From Candidatus Collierbacteria bacterium UBA2277 (GTDB lineage Bacteria > Patescibacteriota > Microgenomatia > UBA1400 > MFAQ01), in NCBI GenBank assembly GCA_002347045.1, contig DDWV01000001.1, forward strand, positions 487,201 to 551,200: 64,000 nt of DNA, given 5' to 3'. The translations under genes and the position numbers were made by a program. The first letter of the stretch is position 1. The number at the start of each line of letters is the position of its first letter. The notes beneath the pieces are model-generated. The model did not search any database and had not been told where the DNA came from. It saw only the letters and a program-made list of their open reading frames with translations. This document shows, one piece after another, positions 1 to 13,000 of the stretch.

Positions 1-901
1 TGGTGTGAGGAGTGATGGAACCTGGTTTGGCCAAAACTTGACCTCTTTGAACATCATCTTTTTCGATACCACGTAGAAGTAAACCTACATTGTCGCCTGA
101 CTGACCCTGCTCTAGCTGTTGGTGGAACATTTCTACTCCAGTAACAACTGATTTTGTGGTGTCTTTGATACCGACGATTTCAACTTCATCACCAATCTTG
201 ATGATTCCAGTGTCAATACGGCCAGTAACGACTGTACCACGACCTTTGATTGAGAAAACATCTTCAACAGGCATAAGGAATGGTTTGTCTAGATCACGAA
301 CTGGATCTGGAATCCATTCATCAACAGTGTCCATGAGTTTCATGATTCCTGCTTGAGCATCTTTATCGCCTTCAAGGGCTTTAAGGGCTGAGACACGAAC
401 GATTGGGGTGTCTTCTTCGAACTTGTATTTAACCAAAAGCTCTTTAATCTCCATCTCAACTAACTCAAGAAGCTCAGGATCTGAAACGGCATCGCATTTG
501 TTTAAAGCAACGACTAGACGAGGAACGTTAACCTGTTGGGCTAAAAGTAAGTGTTCTTTTGTCTGAGGCATAGGACCGTCGGTTGCGGCTACAACTAGAA
601 TTCCTCCATCCATCTGGGCTGCACCAGTGATCATGTTTTTGATGTAATCTCGGTGACCTGGACAGTCGATGTGGGCGTAGTGACGCTTGGATGTTTCGTA
701 AGGGACGTGAGAAATGTTGATTGTAACTCCACGCTCTCTCTCCTCAGGAGATTTATCAATCATGTCAAATGCGAGAGCATCTGCGAGACCTTGAGCAGCT
801 AAAGTTGTGGTAATAGCCGCGGTAAGGGTTGTCTTACCATGGTCAACGTGACCGATAGTTCCGATATTAACGTGGGTTTTTGTTCTTTGGTATGTAGCCA
901 T
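1..901 (-). CDS. tuf: Elongation factor Tu (the C-terminus runs off the window start)
   Basis: Reverse complement of 841-901 translates [31 protein letters not shown], the canonical EF-Tu N-terminus with a GHVDHGKT P-loop. The frame stays open to position 1. Confidence 0.93.
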   Translation of the reverse strand, partial: MATYQRTKTHVNIGTIGHVDHGKTTLTAAITTTLAAQGLADALAFDMIDKSPEERERGVTINISHVPYETSKRHYAHIDCPGHRDYIKNMITGAAQMDGGILVVAATDGPMPQTKEHLLLAQQVNVPRLVVALNKCDAVSDPELLELVEMEIKELLVKYKFEEDTPIVRVSALKALEGDKDAQAGIMKLMDTVDEWIPDPVRDLDKPFLMPVEDVFSIKGRGTVVTGRIDTGIIKIGDEVEIVGIKDTTKSVVTGVEMFHQQLEQGQSGDNVGLLLRGIEKDDVQRGQVLAKPGSITPHT

Positions 902-973
902 TTTTATTAATTTTTTTAATTATTTATAATATTTGCTTTTTCAAGCCTATTTATTCTAGCAGATTTTACCTTA

Positions 974-3094
974 TTACGCTGGATTTTTCAACAATTTAGC
1001 CGCAAGGCTGTTTGGCAACTCTTGATAATGACTTGGTTCCATGTAATAACTAGCACGGCCTGCGGTAAGTGACCGGATAGCCGTAGAGTAAGCGCTGAGC
1101 TCAGAAAGAGGTACCGTAGCGGTAATAACACGAGCATTCCCTCTTTGAGCAGTGCCTCCTATTTGAGCTCTTCTTGCTGAAAGATCTCCGATAATGTCGC
1201 CCATGTTTGCTTCAGGGGTAGTGACCTCAACTTTCATAATTGGCTCAAGGACAACAGGATTTGCATTTTTGACAGCGTCTTGCACCGCCATGGAGCCGGC
1301 GATCTTGAAAGACATTTCTGAGGAATCAACTTCGTGGAAAGAACCATCTACGACTGCGACGTCAAGATCAACCATGTTAAATCCGGCGATAATTCCATTT
1401 TCAAGGGCTTCACGAACACCTTTTTCAATAGGGTTAATGAATTCACGGGGAATTGTTCCACCAACAATCTTGTTTGTAAAAGTAACTCCTTCTCCACGGG
1501 GTTTTGGAGTAACAATAAGTACACAGTGACCATACTGTCCTCGTCCACCTGACTGACGAATAAATTTACCCTCACCCTGAGCTTCTTTGGTGATAGTTTC
1601 TCGATAAGCAACTTGAGGAGCACCAGTGGTGGCGTCTACTTTGAATTCACGTCTGAGGCGGTCAACCAAGATTTCTAGATGAAGTTCTCCCATTCCGGCG
1701 ATAACTGTCTGTCCAGTTTCTTGATTTGTCTTGATTTTGAAGGTAGGATCTTCTTCTGCAAGTCGACCAAGGGCGATATCTAATTTCTCTTGATCAGCTT
1801 TTGTCTTTGGTTCGATAGCAAGAGAGATGACTGGATCCGGAAAATCGATGGACTCAAGAACAATTGGCTTTGATTCATCACACAGTGTGTCTCCTGTCTT
1901 TGTGGCTTTTAAACCAACGATGCCGACGATTTCTCCTGCGCCAGCCTCACTAACTTCTTCACGGGTGTTTGCATGCATAAGCATTAAGCGGCCAAGACGT
2001 TCTCTTTCGCCTTTACTGGCGTTGTATACATAAGAACCCGAGGTTACTTTGCCTGAGTAAATACGAACGTAGGTGAGTTTTCCAACGTGAGGATCGGCTT
2101 GAATTTTGAAAGCGAGAGCTACAAATGGAGCTGCGGGGTCTGGTTTACGGGTTTCTTCTTCTTTTGTGTTGGGGTTGATGCCAATAGTGTCTGTGATATC
2201 TAGAGGAGAAGGCAAAAAGTCGACAACTGCGTCAAGAAGTGGTTGAACACCTTTGTTTCTAAGTGAAGAACCAGGAAAAACAGGGACGATTTCGTTGTCA
2301 ATCGTGGCTTTGCGAAGAGCAGTTTTTAGCTCAGAAACTGAAGGTTCTTCTCCGTTTAGATATTTTTCCATTAGTGCTTCATCTGTCTCGACAATGGATT
2401 CAATAATTTTAGATCTTTCGACCTCACAGGCATCTTTCATGTCTTCAGAAAAACCATCGGTGACTTCGTACTTGGCGCCAGTTTCGTCACCTTGCCAGAT
2501 AATAGTTTTTCTTTCAAGAAGAAGTGCAATACCTTTGAAGGTATTTTCTACACCAACTGGAAGGGCCATGATACAAGTTTTGGCTCCGAGCTTTTCGTGA
2601 ACATCTTTAATAGTGGCCATAAAATCTGCACCGAGAACGTCCATCTTGTTGACTAAGGCGATTCGAGGAACTTTGTATTTGTCTGCTTGACGCCATACAG
2701 TTTCTGTTTGGGACTGGACCCCAGAACCTGCATCGAGAACAATAATGCCACCATCGAGAACACGAAGTGAACGCTCAACTTCTGCGGTAAAGTCTACGTG
2801 GCCAGGAGTGTCTATAATGTTAAAACGACATTCTTCCTTGATGTTTGCGTCTTCTAGAACAGGAGTCCAGAAGGCGGTTGTTGCAGCTGAGACGATGGTA
2901 ATACCACGCTCTCTCTCTTGATCCATCCAGTCCATTTGAGTATCTCCCTCATCGATATCACCTATCTTGTATGTTTTTCCTGTATAAAAAAGAATTCTTT
3001 CGGTAGTGGTTGTTTTCCCTGCGTCAATGTGAGCGATAACACCGATGTTTCTTACTCGGTCTAGAGGGATTTGTTTTGAGACGGCTGTGGCCAT
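974..3094 (-). CDS. fusA: Elongation factor G
   Basis: 706 aa starting [40 protein letters not shown], with the DTPGHVDF and EF-G domain IV/V motifs. It lies directly downstream of tuf in str-operon order. Confidence 0.95.
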   Translation of the reverse strand: MATAVSKQIPLDRVRNIGVIAHIDAGKTTTTERILFYTGKTYKIGDIDEGDTQMDWMDQERERGITIVSAATTAFWTPVLEDANIKEECRFNIIDTPGHVDFTAEVERSLRVLDGGIIVLDAGSGVQSQTETVWRQADKYKVPRIALVNKMDVLGADFMATIKDVHEKLGAKTCIMALPVGVENTFKGIALLLERKTIIWQGDETGAKYEVTDGFSEDMKDACEVERSKIIESIVETDEALMEKYLNGEEPSVSELKTALRKATIDNEIVPVFPGSSLRNKGVQPLLDAVVDFLPSPLDITDTIGINPNTKEEETRKPDPAAPFVALAFKIQADPHVGKLTYVRIYSGKVTSGSYVYNASKGERERLGRLMLMHANTREEVSEAGAGEIVGIVGLKATKTGDTLCDESKPIVLESIDFPDPVISLAIEPKTKADQEKLDIALGRLAEEDPTFKIKTNQETGQTVIAGMGELHLEILVDRLRREFKVDATTGAPQVAYRETITKEAQGEGKFIRQSGGRGQYGHCVLIVTPKPRGEGVTFTNKIVGGTIPREFINPIEKGVREALENGIIAGFNMVDLDVAVVDGSFHEVDSSEMSFKIAGSMAVQDAVKNANPVVLEPIMKVEVTTPEANMGDIIGDLSARRAQIGGTAQRGNARVITATVPLSELSAYSTAIRSLTAGRASYYMEPSHYQELPNSLAAKLLKNPA

Positions 3095-3135
3095 ACTTTG
3101 TATTTTTCTTAATTGATTATTTTGACGAAATAAAC

Positions 3136-3152
3136 CTGCCCGAAAAGGGCAG
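3136..3152 (-). promoter_or_regulatory. Short GC hairpin in the helicase-fusA intergenic region (attenuator or processing site)
   Basis: CTGCCC-GAAAA-GGGCAG, a 6-bp perfect stem. It sits in the 98-bp gap between the helicase stop (3193) and the fusA start (3094). The flanking U-tract is weak. Confidence 0.4.
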
Positions 3153-3192
3153 AATTTCTACAAGGCTAATTCTACCACAAGATAGCTAATTT

Positions 3193-5259
3193 TTATCTAT
3201 TCTTTCTAGACTTATGACGAGAACGGCTGTGTGAAGTGCCAGATTCTTGATTTTGTTTTTTTTGATCCTTTTTACCTTGGAAAAATAGATAAGGAGCAAT
3301 TTCCTTAACCCAGATTGGTTTGATTTCCATACAGTTACAAGCAAAAGCTCTGTCACTCGGACTAATAAAGATTTCTCCAGCGACAATAAAGGACCCGGGT
3401 CCGGGGACGTTGTTATAGTAAACAGAACTTGGGTGAATTGAGATTTCTCCTTTTGTACCATCAACTTTTCGGAATTGGTTTTTACCAGTGTTTTGGAGTA
3501 GGTTACCAATTAATCCAGCAGCAACTGCTTTTCCGATAGCGTCCTTGTTGATTACTGGTTTTGTTTTTGGATCGATAAATATTCCATGATTAGAAAGAAC
3601 ATCTATAAGGTCAAGGCGAACATTTTTTGCTTCTTCTAATGCTTTTTCATTGAGAAAGTTTTGTTTTGCCCATTCAGGATCAAATCCGCTTTTGTCATAT
3701 GCCTTCCAAACATTTAGAAAAACGACAAAGTCGGACTCATTTTCTCTTTTAAACTGTGCATGTGCCCTATCGGCGAGCATTTGCTCTTGTCTTTCTGAAG
3801 GTCTTAGGAAAATGTTTTTGCCATCTAAAAAAGAGGCAATTATAGTTATCTCGTTGACGCAGTTAATGTCTGGTCTTGCTGCTTCAATCACCATTCTGCC
3901 TAAGCGGGGCTCAAGACTAAGGTCAACAAGCCACTCTCCAATTTCTGTGATTTCATCATTGCCATCAAGAGCTCCAAGAAGCTTAAGAGTTTTTAGAGCC
4001 TGATGAATAGCTCCTTTCCCGGGGTGATCAATAAAATCAAAACCCTCTATGTCATGAATTCCGACTTTTTTCATACTTAAAACTACCTGAGTTAGTTCTG
4101 AGCGCTGAATCTCTGGCGTTTGAAAATATGGTCTTTCTCCCCTGCTGGACTCTGTAAATAGACGATAACAAATTCCTGGTGCTGTTCTACCAGCCCTCCC
4201 TTTTCGTTGTTCAAGACCACTTTGGGCATGTTTTGTAAGTACCAATTGTTCAATACCTGAGCGTGTGTCAAATTGAATTTGCTTGATGAGCCCTGGATCG
4301 ATGACGTGAATAACACCATCGATAGTAACTGAGGTTTCTGCAATGTTGGTTGAAACAATAATTTTCCGGTATTCTGATGGTGAAAAAATTCTATCTTGAT
4401 CGTCGGGAGATAGCTCGGCGTGAAGAGGAATAATCTCGACTCTTTCGCTGACAACCCTTTCCTTAATTTTATCGATAGTGCTGGTAATTTCACCTTTTCC
4501 AGGCATAAAAATAAGGATATCTCCTTCAATATTGTTGTCAATAATTGCTGAGACTTTGTCCACGGCACCTCTAATAAAGTCGTAGTTTTCGGGAGTGCTT
4601 CTTTCGTATACCACCTCAACAGGAAACATCTTTCCTTCAATTTCAACAGAGTTGTTTCTGTCTCCTAAGCCTATGTACTCAGCGAATCGATTTCTTTCTA
4701 TGGTAGCTGAGGTTACTATAATTCTTATAACATCAACGCCAGCACTACGACGACGCTCGTTGACCTCTTTTAGGAGGCCAAGACAGAGGTCAATGTTCAA
4801 ACTTCTTTCGTGAGCTTCATCTACCATTACGATCGAGTACTCGGAAAGAAAAGGGTCAAACTGGATTTTACGAAGTAAAACACCATCGGTCATAAAGGTG
4901 ATGTCTGTTTCTGGAGAGGTAACATCTTCAAAGCGAATGTGATATCCAACCTTTTCTCCAACCTCTGTACCCATCATCTCCGAGACTCTGGCTGTGGCAC
5001 TTCTGGTAGCTACACGACGAGGTTGGGTAACGGCAATTCCACCCTTGAGACCAAGTTCATTTCTTAGTTCCAAAAGAAGGGGTGGAAGACAAGTAGTCTT
5101 ACCGGACCCAGTTTCGCCGACTAAAACAAAATTTGTGTGATCTCTGAGTTCTTGTCTTAGTGACTCTCTTAGTTTGACAACAGGAAGAGCATCCAAACCT
5201 TCAAAGGCAGGTTCAATCGAACAGCTAAAGCGAATGTTTTCTACGTTTCTTGATGCCAT
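3193..5259 (-). CDS. DEAH-box ATP-dependent helicase of the HrpA/HrpB family, with a Ser/Arg/Lys-rich C-terminal tail
   Basis: 688 aa with the motifs GETGSGKTT (Walker A), VDEAHERSLNID (DEAH), TSATIE (SAT), QRKGRAGR, and an HA2/OB-like C-terminal region. The C-terminal tail reads KKDQKKQNQESGTSHSRSRHKSRKNR. Confidence 0.8.
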   Translation of the reverse strand: MASRNVENIRFSCSIEPAFEGLDALPVVKLRESLRQELRDHTNFVLVGETGSGKTTCLPPLLLELRNELGLKGGIAVTQPRRVATRSATARVSEMMGTEVGEKVGYHIRFEDVTSPETDITFMTDGVLLRKIQFDPFLSEYSIVMVDEAHERSLNIDLCLGLLKEVNERRRSAGVDVIRIIVTSATIERNRFAEYIGLGDRNNSVEIEGKMFPVEVVYERSTPENYDFIRGAVDKVSAIIDNNIEGDILIFMPGKGEITSTIDKIKERVVSERVEIIPLHAELSPDDQDRIFSPSEYRKIIVSTNIAETSVTIDGVIHVIDPGLIKQIQFDTRSGIEQLVLTKHAQSGLEQRKGRAGRTAPGICYRLFTESSRGERPYFQTPEIQRSELTQVVLSMKKVGIHDIEGFDFIDHPGKGAIHQALKTLKLLGALDGNDEITEIGEWLVDLSLEPRLGRMVIEAARPDINCVNEITIIASFLDGKNIFLRPSERQEQMLADRAHAQFKRENESDFVVFLNVWKAYDKSGFDPEWAKQNFLNEKALEEAKNVRLDLIDVLSNHGIFIDPKTKPVINKDAIGKAVAAGLIGNLLQNTGKNQFRKVDGTKGEISIHPSSVYYNNVPGPGSFIVAGEIFISPSDRAFACNCMEIKPIWVKEIAPYLFFQGKKDQKKQNQESGTSHSRSRHKSRKNR

Positions 5260-5411
5260 ACAATAAATATTTTTCTTTTTGAGAACTTATCGCCAAATTA
5301 AAGCTGCTATAGCTTGAGTAATCGGCTCTGATAGAATACCACAAATAAGCTTAAATATATATTATCGGTTTGAAACGTTTTAGAAGTAAGGTAAATTTAA
5401 CGAAGTTTTGT

Positions 5412-5888
5412 TTACCAGCGGAAGTGAGCGAAAGCTTTGTTGGCTTCGGCCATTTTGTGAGTATCAAGCTTCTTCTTGACTGCTGCACCGGCATTTTCGT
5501 GAGCTTCTAAGATCTCTGCAGCAAACTTCTCGGCGAGAGTTCTGGTTGGGTTGTTTGATCGGGCTTTTGCAGCGTTCAAAACCCAGCGAATGGCTAGAGA
5601 ATCACGACGCTCAGGTCTAATGGGGGATGGCACTTGGTAGGATGCACCTCCGACGCGTCGAGATCGAACTTCGATGGTTGGTTTGACGTTTTCAATGGCT
5701 TCAGTAAGATACTCAAGACCGTCCTTACCAGACTCTTCAGCAATGATTTCGATTGCACGATAAACTTGTTTGGCGGCAACTGTTTTTTTACCTTCGAGCA
5801 TACAACCGTTAATTATCTTGGCAACCAGCTGACTGTTGTAGATTGGGTCTAGCTGAATTCTTTTTGGAGGAGTTTTTTTTGATCTCAT
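5412..5888 (-). CDS. rpsG: 30S ribosomal protein S7
   Basis: 158 aa. MRSKKTPPKRIQLDPIYNSQLVAKIIN...AIRWVLNAA is typical S7. The gene is adjacent to rpsL. Confidence 0.93.
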   Translation of the reverse strand: MRSKKTPPKRIQLDPIYNSQLVAKIINGCMLEGKKTVAAKQVYRAIEIIAEESGKDGLEYLTEAIENVKPTIEVRSRRVGGASYQVPSPIRPERRDSLAIRWVLNAAKARSNNPTRTLAEKFAAEILEAHENAGAAVKKKLDTHKMAEANKAFAHFRW

Positions 5889-5898
5889 GTTTTATATA

Positions 5899-6318
5899 TT
5901 ACTTTTTGTCAGATGGGCGTTTGGTGCCGTATTTACTTCGACTTGAACGACGCTTTTCAATACCACCAGTGTCGAGTTTGCCTCTAACAATATGATATTT
6001 AACACCTGGCAAGTCACGAACGCGGCCGCCTCTAATAAGAACGATACTATGTTCAGCAAGATTGTGACCTTCACCCATGATGTAGGCAGTAACTTCTTGT
6101 TTGTTTGAAAGTCTAACACGGGCAACCTTACGCAAAGCAGAGTTAGGTTTCTTTGGGGTCATGGTTTTGACCTGAAGACAAACTCCTGCTTTTTGAGGAG
6201 ATATAGTATCGACCATTCTGCGCTTAATTGAGTTAAAACTTTTGCGAAGAGCAGTTGTTTTATTTTTTTTAGCGGCTGAGACACGGCCATGTTTGATGAG
6301 TTGATTAGTTGTAGGCAT
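5899..6318 (-). CDS. rpsL: 30S ribosomal protein S12 (with about a 15-aa insertion near the N-terminus)
   Basis: [12 protein letters not shown]...[18 protein letters not shown]...[21 protein letters not shown] is S12. An extra [18 protein letters not shown] segment is present relative to typical S12. Confidence 0.93.
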   Translation of the reverse strand: MPTTNQLIKHGRVSAAKKNKTTALRKSFNSIKRRMVDTISPQKAGVCLQVKTMTPKKPNSALRKVARVRLSNKQEVTAYIMGEGHNLAEHSIVLIRGGRVRDLPGVKYHIVRGKLDTGGIEKRRSSRSKYGTKRPSDKK

Positions 6319-6337
6319 AATTCAGTTGTGTATTTTA

Positions 6338-9300
6338 TCAGATATTCTCAATCTTTGCTCTGAGCTTACTTGTAGGTACAAGTCGACCAATAATAACGTT
6401 TTCTTTCATGCCTATTAAGTGGTCTATTCTTCCTTGAACTGCAGAGTCGGTGAGGACTGAAGTGGTGTTCTGGAATGAGGCGGCTGATAGCCATGAGTCG
6501 GTGTGTAAAGCAGCTCTAATTGCACCAAGAATTAGGTTTGTGGCTGTTGCGGGCTCGCCACCTTCGGCAATAATAGCCTCATTTGATGTCTCATAGGCTC
6601 CTCGACTAATGATGTCTCCTGCGACGAGGGCTGTGTCACCAACAGAGTCTATGCGGACGTAATCACACATTTTACGAATAATTACTTCAAAGTGTTTATC
6701 GTGAATACTGATACCTTGAGACTCGTAGATTGACTGAGTTTCAGCAATAAGATGATCTTGAGTGGCTCGTAAACCTTTGATTCTAAGAAGCTCCTTGATG
6801 TCAACTCCACCGGAAGATAGCTGAGTACCGACAGAGACCAAGTCTCCATCTGAGACTTTGAGAGTCATAGCGAGAGGAATTAAGTATTCTTTCTTTTCCT
6901 CTTTACTCTTGCTTCCAGGGGTAATGATGACCAGATTGCCATTCTCTGTTTCAGTAACTTTTACTTTTCCGGAGACTTCAGCAATTGGGGCAACAAGTTT
7001 TGGCGTTCTGACTTCGAGTAACTCAGTAACTCTTGGAAGACCTTGGGTAACGTCAACTCCAGCAGCTCCTCCTGAGTGTTTGGTACGCATAGTTAATTGA
7101 GTGCCTGGTTCACCAATGGACTGCGCGGCGATGATACCTACGGGGTCACCAACTATAGCTGGAGCGTTTGTAGCAGTATTGTGACCATAACACTTGGCAC
7201 AAAGACCGAAACGGAGTTTACAAGTAATAGGCGACCTCACCTCGACCTCCTTGACACCAGCTGCTTCTATCTCGGCAGCAAGCTCTTCGGTAATCATTTC
7301 ACCAGCAGGAACAATAACCTTTTTGGTTTTTGGAGAAATAATCTTTTTGACGGTGTATCGGTGAACTATTCGCTTGGCGAATATCTTGGATCTTGTTTCA
7401 GCCGAGATAGTGATGAACTCATCGGTACCACAGTCTTCTGCACGGATAATTGCATCATGACTAACATCAACTAAACGTCGAGTGAGGTAACCAGCGTCGG
7501 CTGTACGAAGAGCGGTGTCTGTAAGACCTTTTCGAGAACCTCTGATTGAAGTAACATACTCAAAGATTGACAGACCTTCACGGAAGTTACCTTTTATTGG
7601 AAGTTCAATTAGATTACCAAGAGGATCAGCGATAAGTCCACGCATAGCGGAAAGCTGATTAATGGAGTTTTTGGTAACACGACCTGAGGCAGAGTCGATG
7701 ACTAAACGAATTGGGTTTGTGGGTGAGAAGGTGGCCCATGTCTTTTCGGCTAGGTCTTCGGCGGTATCCATCCACATACGGATAGTAAGCTTGCGACGTT
7801 CATCGTCGGTGATTAAACCTAGTTTATAGTTTTCTTCAATTTCTTCAGCTTTTTTGTTTCCAGCAGCGATGACTGAGGCTTTCTCTGGGTAAACTTCATT
7901 ATCTGTGGTTGCAAAAGAGAAACTACTAACTGTTGCATATTCGAAACCTGTGTCTTTTACAGCATCAATGAGCTTAACTACACGTTTTGTGTCTAAAGTC
8001 TTAATGGCTTGAGTAAATAAAGCGGAGATATCTTTACCAGTAAAGCTCTTGTTTTGGAAATCCCATTCTTTTGGCAAGAGCTGATTGAAGATAATACGAC
8101 CAACTGTAGTATCGGTCATAACCATACTGTCGGCATTGAGACGAACAGTAATTGGCTGTCTAACTTCAATTGCTTTGTTTTGGTATGCAGTGATGGCTTC
8201 TTGTTGACTAGACATAGGGCTTTGGTAAGCAGTAAGAGTCTCGTCTATGGAAGTAAGATAGAAAACACCAACAGCCATTTCTTTTCTTGATGGAATATTG
8301 ACACTTTGACCAGAGCTTGGTTTAAGGAGGTTAAATTGAGGAAGCATGTGTTTTTTAGCCTCACGAATAGCTTTTTTAGTTAAAGGAACGTGAACAGCCA
8401 TTTGATCTCCATCAAAGTCTGCATTGAAACCTTCACAGACAACTGGGTGAAGACGAATAGCAGAGCCATCGACAAGTACCGGCAAGAAGGCTAGAATTGA
8501 AAGCTTGTGTAGTGTAGGAGCACGGTTGAGCAGGATTGGATGATTTTTGGTGATTCTTTCTAGAATATCAAAAACCTCTGGCTGACGTTTTTCAATTAAT
8601 GTTTTAGCAGCTTTGACGTTTGGAGCTAGGTCCTGTTTTATGATCTCATGAAGAACGAATGGCTTGAACATTTCTAGTGCCATGTCTTTTGGAAGACCAC
8701 ACTGATTTAGTTTTAGTTCTGGACCAACAATGATAACGGAACGGCCCGAGTAATCGACACGTTTACCGAGAAGATTCTGACGGAAACGACCCTGCTTTCC
8801 ACGTAACATGTCTGAAAGAGACTTGAGAGTTTTACCTGTTCTTGATCTTCTAGTTGAACGAGCTTGAGAAGAATCTATTAACGAGTCAACTGCTTCTTGA
8901 AGCATGCGTTTTTCGTTTCTTAGAATGATTTCAGGAGCTCCAAGATCAATAAGGTGTTTAAGACGGTTGTTGCGGTTTATCACGCGACGGTAGAGATCGT
9001 TTAGGTCGGAAGCGGCGAAACGGCCACCTGAAAGCTGTACCATAGGTCGAAGATCTGGAGGAATAACAGGAAGAACACTAAGAACCATCCACTCTGGTTT
9101 TACCTTGGAATCAAGTAAACCGCGAACAACTTGAAGTCGTTTTGTGGCCCTAAGACGTTTTGCTTCAGAGTTACTAAAAGAGTCCTCTTTTAACTTTATG
9201 GCGAGCTCAGGAAGATTTACTTTCTTCAAAGCTTCTAAAATTGCTTCAGAACCCATACCAGCAACCATCCAATCAACTAGGTCATACTCAGCAAGTTTTG

Positions 9301-10045
9301 CATACTCGGAGTCTGAGAGAAGAGAGTTTACCTGTATTTTCTCTGTAATTGTGGCAAGCTTGCTATAGATTTCTTCTGTGAAGGCTAACTCAACGACCAT
9401 CTGCTCACGAAGTGAGGCGATTTTTCGTTTTGTCTCCATTTTTAGGTCATCTGACTTTATTTCAAGCTCGTCTTTTGCCTTGATTTTTTTCTTAACAGTT
9501 GAGAGTTCTTTCTTACCTTCTTTTTTGACCTCTTCAATTTGTTCATCGAAGCTCTTTCTGACGTCGTTTAGCTTAGTGTCTTTTTGCTTAAGAACGTCTT
9601 TGAGAGCGGCTTCTCGCTTGTCCTCATCAACAGACATGATCAAATATTTACTGAAGTAAATAACTGAAGTAAGAGCTTTTGGGGTAATATCGAGCAAAAG
9701 AGATAGCTTACTAGGAGCGCCTTTGAAGAACCAGACATGAGCTACAGGAGCAGCTAGATCCAGGTGACCCATGCGCTCGCGTCTAACACGACTCAGGGTA
9801 ACCTCAACACCACACTTATCACAGACTATTCCCTTAAATCTAACGCGTTTGTACTTTCCACAGTAACATTCCCAGTCTTTTACAGGACCGAAAATTCTTT
9901 CACAAAAAAGTCCATCTTTTTCAGGTTTCTGAGTACGATAGTTGATAGTTTCTGGTTTTGTAACCAAACCATGTGACCATTTTTTTATGTCATCTGGACT
10001 GGCTAGCCTTATTTGTAAACCGGAGAAATCGACAATGTTATTCAT
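6338..10045 (-). CDS. rpoC: DNA-directed RNA polymerase subunit beta'
   Basis: 1235 aa with an N-terminal zinc-binding CYCGKY...CDKCGVEV motif, the NADFDGD catalytic motif and the trigger loop. It sits immediately downstream of rpoB. Confidence 0.95.
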   Translation of the reverse strand: MNNIVDFSGLQIRLASPDDIKKWSHGLVTKPETINYRTQKPEKDGLFCERIFGPVKDWECYCGKYKRVRFKGIVCDKCGVEVTLSRVRRERMGHLDLAAPVAHVWFFKGAPSKLSLLLDITPKALTSVIYFSKYLIMSVDEDKREAALKDVLKQKDTKLNDVRKSFDEQIEEVKKEGKKELSTVKKKIKAKDELEIKSDDLKMETKRKIASLREQMVVELAFTEEIYSKLATITEKIQVNSLLSDSEYAKLAEYDLVDWMVAGMGSEAILEALKKVNLPELAIKLKEDSFSNSEAKRLRATKRLQVVRGLLDSKVKPEWMVLSVLPVIPPDLRPMVQLSGGRFAASDLNDLYRRVINRNNRLKHLIDLGAPEIILRNEKRMLQEAVDSLIDSSQARSTRRSRTGKTLKSLSDMLRGKQGRFRQNLLGKRVDYSGRSVIIVGPELKLNQCGLPKDMALEMFKPFVLHEIIKQDLAPNVKAAKTLIEKRQPEVFDILERITKNHPILLNRAPTLHKLSILAFLPVLVDGSAIRLHPVVCEGFNADFDGDQMAVHVPLTKKAIREAKKHMLPQFNLLKPSSGQSVNIPSRKEMAVGVFYLTSIDETLTAYQSPMSSQQEAITAYQNKAIEVRQPITVRLNADSMVMTDTTVGRIIFNQLLPKEWDFQNKSFTGKDISALFTQAIKTLDTKRVVKLIDAVKDTGFEYATVSSFSFATTDNEVYPEKASVIAAGNKKAEEIEENYKLGLITDDERRKLTIRMWMDTAEDLAEKTWATFSPTNPIRLVIDSASGRVTKNSINQLSAMRGLIADPLGNLIELPIKGNFREGLSIFEYVTSIRGSRKGLTDTALRTADAGYLTRRLVDVSHDAIIRAEDCGTDEFITISAETRSKIFAKRIVHRYTVKKIISPKTKKVIVPAGEMITEELAAEIEAAGVKEVEVRSPITCKLRFGLCAKCYGHNTATNAPAIVGDPVGIIAAQSIGEPGTQLTMRTKHSGGAAGVDVTQGLPRVTELLEVRTPKLVAPIAEVSGKVKVTETENGNLVIITPGSKSKEEKKEYLIPLAMTLKVSDGDLVSVGTQLSSGGVDIKELLRIKGLRATQDHLIAETQSIYESQGISIHDKHFEVIIRKMCDYVRIDSVGDTALVAGDIISRGAYETSNEAIIAEGGEPATATNLILGAIRAALHTDSWLSAASFQNTTSVLTDSAVQGRIDHLIGMKENVIIGRLVPTSKLRAKIENI

Positions 10046-10054
10046 AAGTGCAGT

Positions 10055-13000
10055 TTATTTACTGATATTTTCATCAGAGTTAGTAATACCCGCTTCAGCG
10101 TCTTCTTCGGAAACTTCTTTTTCGCTGGTTTCTTCTTCGTCTTCAAAAGTGGCGGCTTGGAGTTCTTCACTCATAGCTGTTGCTTCAGTAATGACCGCAG
10201 CGACTTCGGGTTTAATTGGTTCTTCTTCTTCAACTCCCTCAACTGATCCTGTAGGAATGATTGCGAGACATAATGAGTTAAGTTCTTTGACTAAGACTTT
10301 GAATGACTCAGGAACAGAAGACATAGGAATTGGCTCGCCTTTAACGATCGACTCAAAGGCTTTTGATCTGCCAACCACATCATCTGACTTAATTGTGAGC
10401 ATTTCTTGAAGTGAGTAGGCTGCTTTGTGTGCTTCTAGAGCCCAAACTTCCATTTCCCCTAAACGCTGACCTCCCATTTGAGCTTTTCCTCCCAAAGGCT
10501 GCTGTGTAACTAAACTGTAAGGTCCAATACTTCGTGCATGAGTTTTGTCTTCAACCATGTGATTGAGCTTGATGATGTAGGTAACACCAACAGCAGTCTC
10601 ATCTTCGAAAGGTTCACCAGTGCGACCATCAAAGAGCTGTACCTTACCAGACTCAGGAAGACCAGCTTCTTTTAGAGCTTCAGAAATTCTTTTGTCTGAG
10701 ATATTTTCGAAAACTGGTGCGGCATATCGCTTACCAAGTCTTGATCCAGCAAAACCAAGCTCCGCCTCTAGTAACTGACCAAGATTCATACGAGCAAGAA
10801 CAGAGAGAGGAGAAATAATGATGTCTACAGGAGTACCGTCTGCCATATGAGGCATGTCGGCGGTAGAGACAATTTTACTGATGACTCCTTTGTTTCCATG
10901 TCGTCCCGCAACTTTGTCACCTGAAGTGATTTTTCTAAGTTGTGCAACTTTAATTTTTATTTGTTTGATGACTCCGGCATCTAGTTCGTCACCGTCATCA
11001 CGACTTAAAACTCTAATTGAGATAACAATTCCTTGCTCACCATGAGGCATGCGAAGAGAAGTATCGCGTACTTCACGAGCTTTTTCTCCAAAGATTGAAC
11101 GTAGAAGTCTCTCTTCAGCGGTAAGTTCTGTTTCACCCTTGGGTGCAATTTTACCAATTAAAATGTCGTTTGGACCAACTACTGAACCGACAGCTATGAT
11201 TCCTTCAGAGTCAAGATTCTTAAGATCGGCTTCGGCGACGTTTGGGATATCTCTTGTTAGCTCTTCTGCACCAAGTTTGGTGTCCATAACATCACATGTA
11301 TGCTCATGAATATGAACGGAAGAAAGCAGGTCTTCTTTGACACAACGATCAGAAACAACAATGGCATCTTCGTAGCCTAGACCTTCAAAAGCGGCATAAG
11401 CAATAAAGAGATTTTGTCCTAGGGCGAGTTCACCATTTTCAGCAGCAGGTCCATTGATGATGACATCACCTTTTTTAATTTTATCTCCGACATCGACGAG
11501 TGGATGTTGGTTGTAAGAAGTATCTTGGGAAGAGTTGTGATATTTCCTGATGCTGTAAGTAACGATATCTCGAGAGACCTCGACGAAACCATAGTCGAAA
11601 GGTGATATTTCTGAAGCGGCTGACTTGGCGTCATTTTCTGAGAGCTTGATTGAGATATGGTCGGCATCCACAGAGATTACCTCTCCCTCAAACTGAGATT
11701 TTACTGACCAACCCATACTTTGAGCGACAACGCTTTCCATGCCGGTACCAACAATAGGTGCACTTGGTTTAACAAGGGGTAACGCTTGAGTGAGGTGGTG
11801 AGTTCCCATGAGGGCACGAGTACCTTCATCTTGCTGAATGAAAGGAATTAGGGAAGCTGAAGTTCCTACAACTTGACGAGGAACAACATCGATATACTGA
11901 ATCATGTCGACGTCAACTTCGATGTACTTTCCTTGAAAACGAGCAGGGACCCATTCTTGGGTGATGATGTCTCCATCACGCTCAATTCCAGCGTGAGTAA
12001 TGTAGGCATCTTCTTCGTCGTCTGCACCAAGATAAACAATTTCTTTGCCAATGGCTATAATGCTTTTTCCGCCCTTGGTAACTTTTTTAACTTCGAGATA
12101 AGGAGACTCAAGGAAACCATAGTCATTTACGCGAGTATAAAGAGAAAGATAGGTTACTAGACCAACGTTTGGGCCTTCAGGAGATCTAACAGGGCAAATT
12201 CTTGAGTATTGAGAAGAGTGGATATCACGCATTGAGAAACTTGCGCGCTCTCGTGTAATACCGCCAGGTCCCATAACTGAAACACGTCTAAGGTTGTCAA
12301 TCTCTGATAGAGGATTAACTTGATCAAGGATTGAGGATAGACGATTGCGACGGAAAAATTCGGTTATAGCAGAGATTATTGGTCTTGGATTTACAAAAGC
12401 AGCTGGTGTAGGTAGTTCGTCTGGCTTAGCAAGAGACATTTTCTCTTTGATTGACCTTTCTAGCCTGAGAAGTCCTGATTTGAAGGATGTTTGATTTACA
12501 AGTTCACCAACACATCTCAGACGTCGGTTAGCCAGGTGATCGATGTCATCGATTTTTCCATGACCATTTTGAAGGCCGATTAGGTATTTAATGGCTCCAA
12601 CAAAGTCTTCTGTGCTAAGAGTAATGTGCTGTTTGTCCACTTTTGACGATAGACCAAGTTTACGATTCATCTTGTAACGACCGACTAGACCAAGATTGTA
12701 TCTTCTAACGTCGAAGAACATTTGGTGAAGGAGGGCCTTGGCGTTTTCAAGTACGGCTGGTTCCCCTGGTCGAACTTTTTGGTAAAACTCAAGAAGAGCT
12801 TCTTCGGTGTTTGTGGAAGTGTCTTTTAGAAGAGTGGTTGCAATATATTGATGGTCTTTATCAACATCGACATCGGAGAAAAGAGCTTGAATTTCTTCAT
12901 TGGAACTGTAGCCAATAGCTCTAAGAATGGTAGTTGCGGAAACTTTTCGATGTCTATCAATTCGAATAGAGATATGATCATTTCGACTAACTAAAACTTC

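Noticed and set aside
156-356. 66-aa plus-strand ORF
   Set aside because: It lies wholly inside and antisense to tuf, with no independent support.
3186-3509. 107-aa and 184-aa (4092-4646) minus-strand ORFs
   Set aside because: They are alternative frames inside the DEAH helicase gene, whose frame carries all the conserved motifs.
9942-10409. 155-aa plus-strand ORF spanning the rpoC/rpoB junction (similar antisense ORFs occur at 6858-7474, 9144-9659, 11049-11309 and 11873-12160)
   Set aside because: Antisense to highly conserved rpoB/rpoC coding sequence with a low-complexity Ser-rich translation. These are typical shadow ORFs.
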